DNA from: Candidatus Altarchaeum sp.
Lineage (GTDB): Archaea; Altiarchaeota; Altiarchaeia; Altiarchaeales; Altiarchaeaceae
Reading direction: 5' to 3'
Length of the DNA stretch: 26,369 nt
Assembly (NCBI GenBank): GCA_018260615.1
Contig: JAGWDQ010000088.1
Location: forward strand, 18,307-44,675
In this document: one piece after another, positions 25,155 through 26,369 of the stretch
How the letters are laid out: every line of letters starts with the position of its first letter
Position numbering within the stretch: position 1 is the first letter of the stretch
Program-made: the position numbers and the translations under genes
Notes under the pieces: model-generated
The model's input: the letters and a program-made list of their open reading frames with translations, nothing else
What the model was told of the DNA's origin: nothing
The model's database searches: none

Positions 25155-26369
25155 AGAATCAGGAAGTGAAAATAAGTTTGGAAGAATAATTAGAGGAGAT
25201 AAAAAATCAACTGTTTCATACGAAATATTTAAAAAGCAACATGGAAATTTAATAGAAGAAATAAAAAAAATCTCTACTCTTTATTTATTGAAGGGAATGC
25301 AATATTCAGGAAAAACAACTATTTTGAGGAATATTTATTATGATTTGATTATTCATAAGAAATGCGAGTTTATAGAAGGTAGCGAGCCATTTACTCCGAT
25401 AGAATTTTTTGATAAAATTGGGATAGAAATAAAGCAAAATGAGAACTATAAAACCGCAGGAACAATATACTTTATGAATTTTGATAAAGTTCTGTTTATT
25501 GATGATTTTGATAAACTGCTTGCTAATTTAGGGGAGGATTTTGCTGCGTATTTAAGAGCAATGATTCAGGAATTTAAGATCAACGTTATATGCACTGCAA
25601 CTTTGGATAGCAAAGAAATGGATAAATATTTGCTGAGATATGATACTCCTTTTTATAGATTTTTTAGATCTGTTCTGATTACTTATCATACTGAAGATAT
25701 AAAAGAAATCGGAAATTTTTACAAAAAAGAAATAAAGGACGAAGACGCTAATTTAATTAGTGAAATTTTTAGAGATAATATTTCTGCTATAGAATATGTG
25801 GTAAAGAACTATAACGGAGATGTGAACATTGCAATTTATAATACTGTTAAGAACAATCCTTCAATTATTAATGAAATTGCTCCGGATATATCCCCCCAAC
25901 AGAGACAAATATTGGATAATGTATGCAGATATATTGTCGAAAACAGCAAAGATATAGTAACATTAGATGAAATTGAAAAACACTTATTTTTGGATGAAAC
26001 TATTTTGCGAACACAACTAAACAGGATGAGAACAAAGGGATTAATCATATATGAGAAAAAGAAAGGTTATCTTCCTAACAGAGTTTTTATTGAAAAAAAG
26101 AGAATAGAAATAAGTGAAAATCATTTATATAAAGGAAATACATTGATGAATAAAAGAAATTTTGAGGAAGCAGAGAAGGAATACGGAGAAGCAATACGAA
26201 TAAATCCAAATGATGCTGAAGCACATAATAATTTAGGAAATTTATTACAAAATTTAAACCTCTATGAAGAAGCAGAGAAAGAATACGGAGAAGCAATACG
26301 AATAAATCCAAATTATGCTGAAGCACATAATAATTTAGGAAATTTATTACAAAATTTAAACCTCTATGA
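25147..26369 (+). CDS. STAND-like ATPase + wHTH + TPR repeats (3' end truncated by the window; absent from the ORF track)
   Basis: Hand translation from ATG 25147 stays open to the window end (407 codons). Walker A GMQYSGKT, Walker B VLFIDDFD, PFYRFF, wHTH (SPQQRQIL...QLNRMRTKGLI), TPRs EEAEKEYGEAIRINPNDAEAHNNLGNLL. Confidence 0.88.
   Translation, partial: MTEESGSENKFGRIIRGDKKSTVSYEIFKKQHGNLIEEIKKISTLYLLKGMQYSGKTTILRNIYYDLIIHKKCEFIEGSEPFTPIEFFDKIGIEIKQNENYKTAGTIYFMNFDKVLFIDDFDKLLANLGEDFAAYLRAMIQEFKINVICTATLDSKEMDKYLLRYDTPFYRFFRSVLITYHTEDIKEIGNFYKKEIKDEDANLISEIFRDNISAIEYVVKNYNGDVNIAIYNTVKNNPSIINEIAPDISPQQRQILDNVCRYIVENSKDIVTLDEIEKHLFLDETILRTQLNRMRTKGLIIYEKKKGYLPNRVFIEKKRIEISENHLYKGNTLMNKRNFEEAEKEYGEAIRINPNDAEAHNNLGNLLQNLNLYEEAEKEYGEAIRINPNYAEAHNNLGNLLQNLNLY
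26167..26369 (+). repeat. 102-nt tandem repeat encoding 34-aa TPR units
   Basis: 26167-26268 versus 26269-26369 differ at 2 of 101 comparable positions. Runs off the window. Confidence 0.92.

Noticed and set aside
26087-26326. Minus-strand ORF with an internal repeat (VLQHHLDLFVLLLRI)
   Set aside because: Antisense reading of the TPR tandem repeat.

Overview
AT-rich archaeal chromosomal window, most likely Altiarchaeota. This assignment is an inference from the archaeal gene set (aroA', Pth2, GINS, Elp3, RPA-like), tRNAs without encoded CCA, and a CRISPR repeat close to the one I recall for Ca. Altiarchaeum. It holds four tRNA genes (Leu-UAG, Val-GAC, Gln-UUG, Arg-UCG) and housekeeping genes (aroA', trpS, hsp20, ModE-like, NusA-like, pth2, GINS, PfkB kinase, elp3, PRT, RPA-like). 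It also holds two secreted or surface proteins and several accessory, defence-like cassettes. The most striking feature is an isolated two-repeat CRISPR mini-array (12684-12779) directly upstream of pth2. Its single 38-nt spacer encodes a Pth2 motif and matches the adjacent pth2 gene at 29/38 nt next to a TTA PAM-like triplet. Two further divergent copies of the pth2 5' end precede the array. Other candidates are a DUF3626-like + unknown + KGGVGR-ATPase operon and a pair of STAND-like ATPases, one with a DUF4062 domain inserted between Walker A and B and one with wHTH-TPR (the latter missing from the ORF track). There is also a dispersed hairpin-linked REP-like repeat family and an array of ten 15-bp palindromic boxes.
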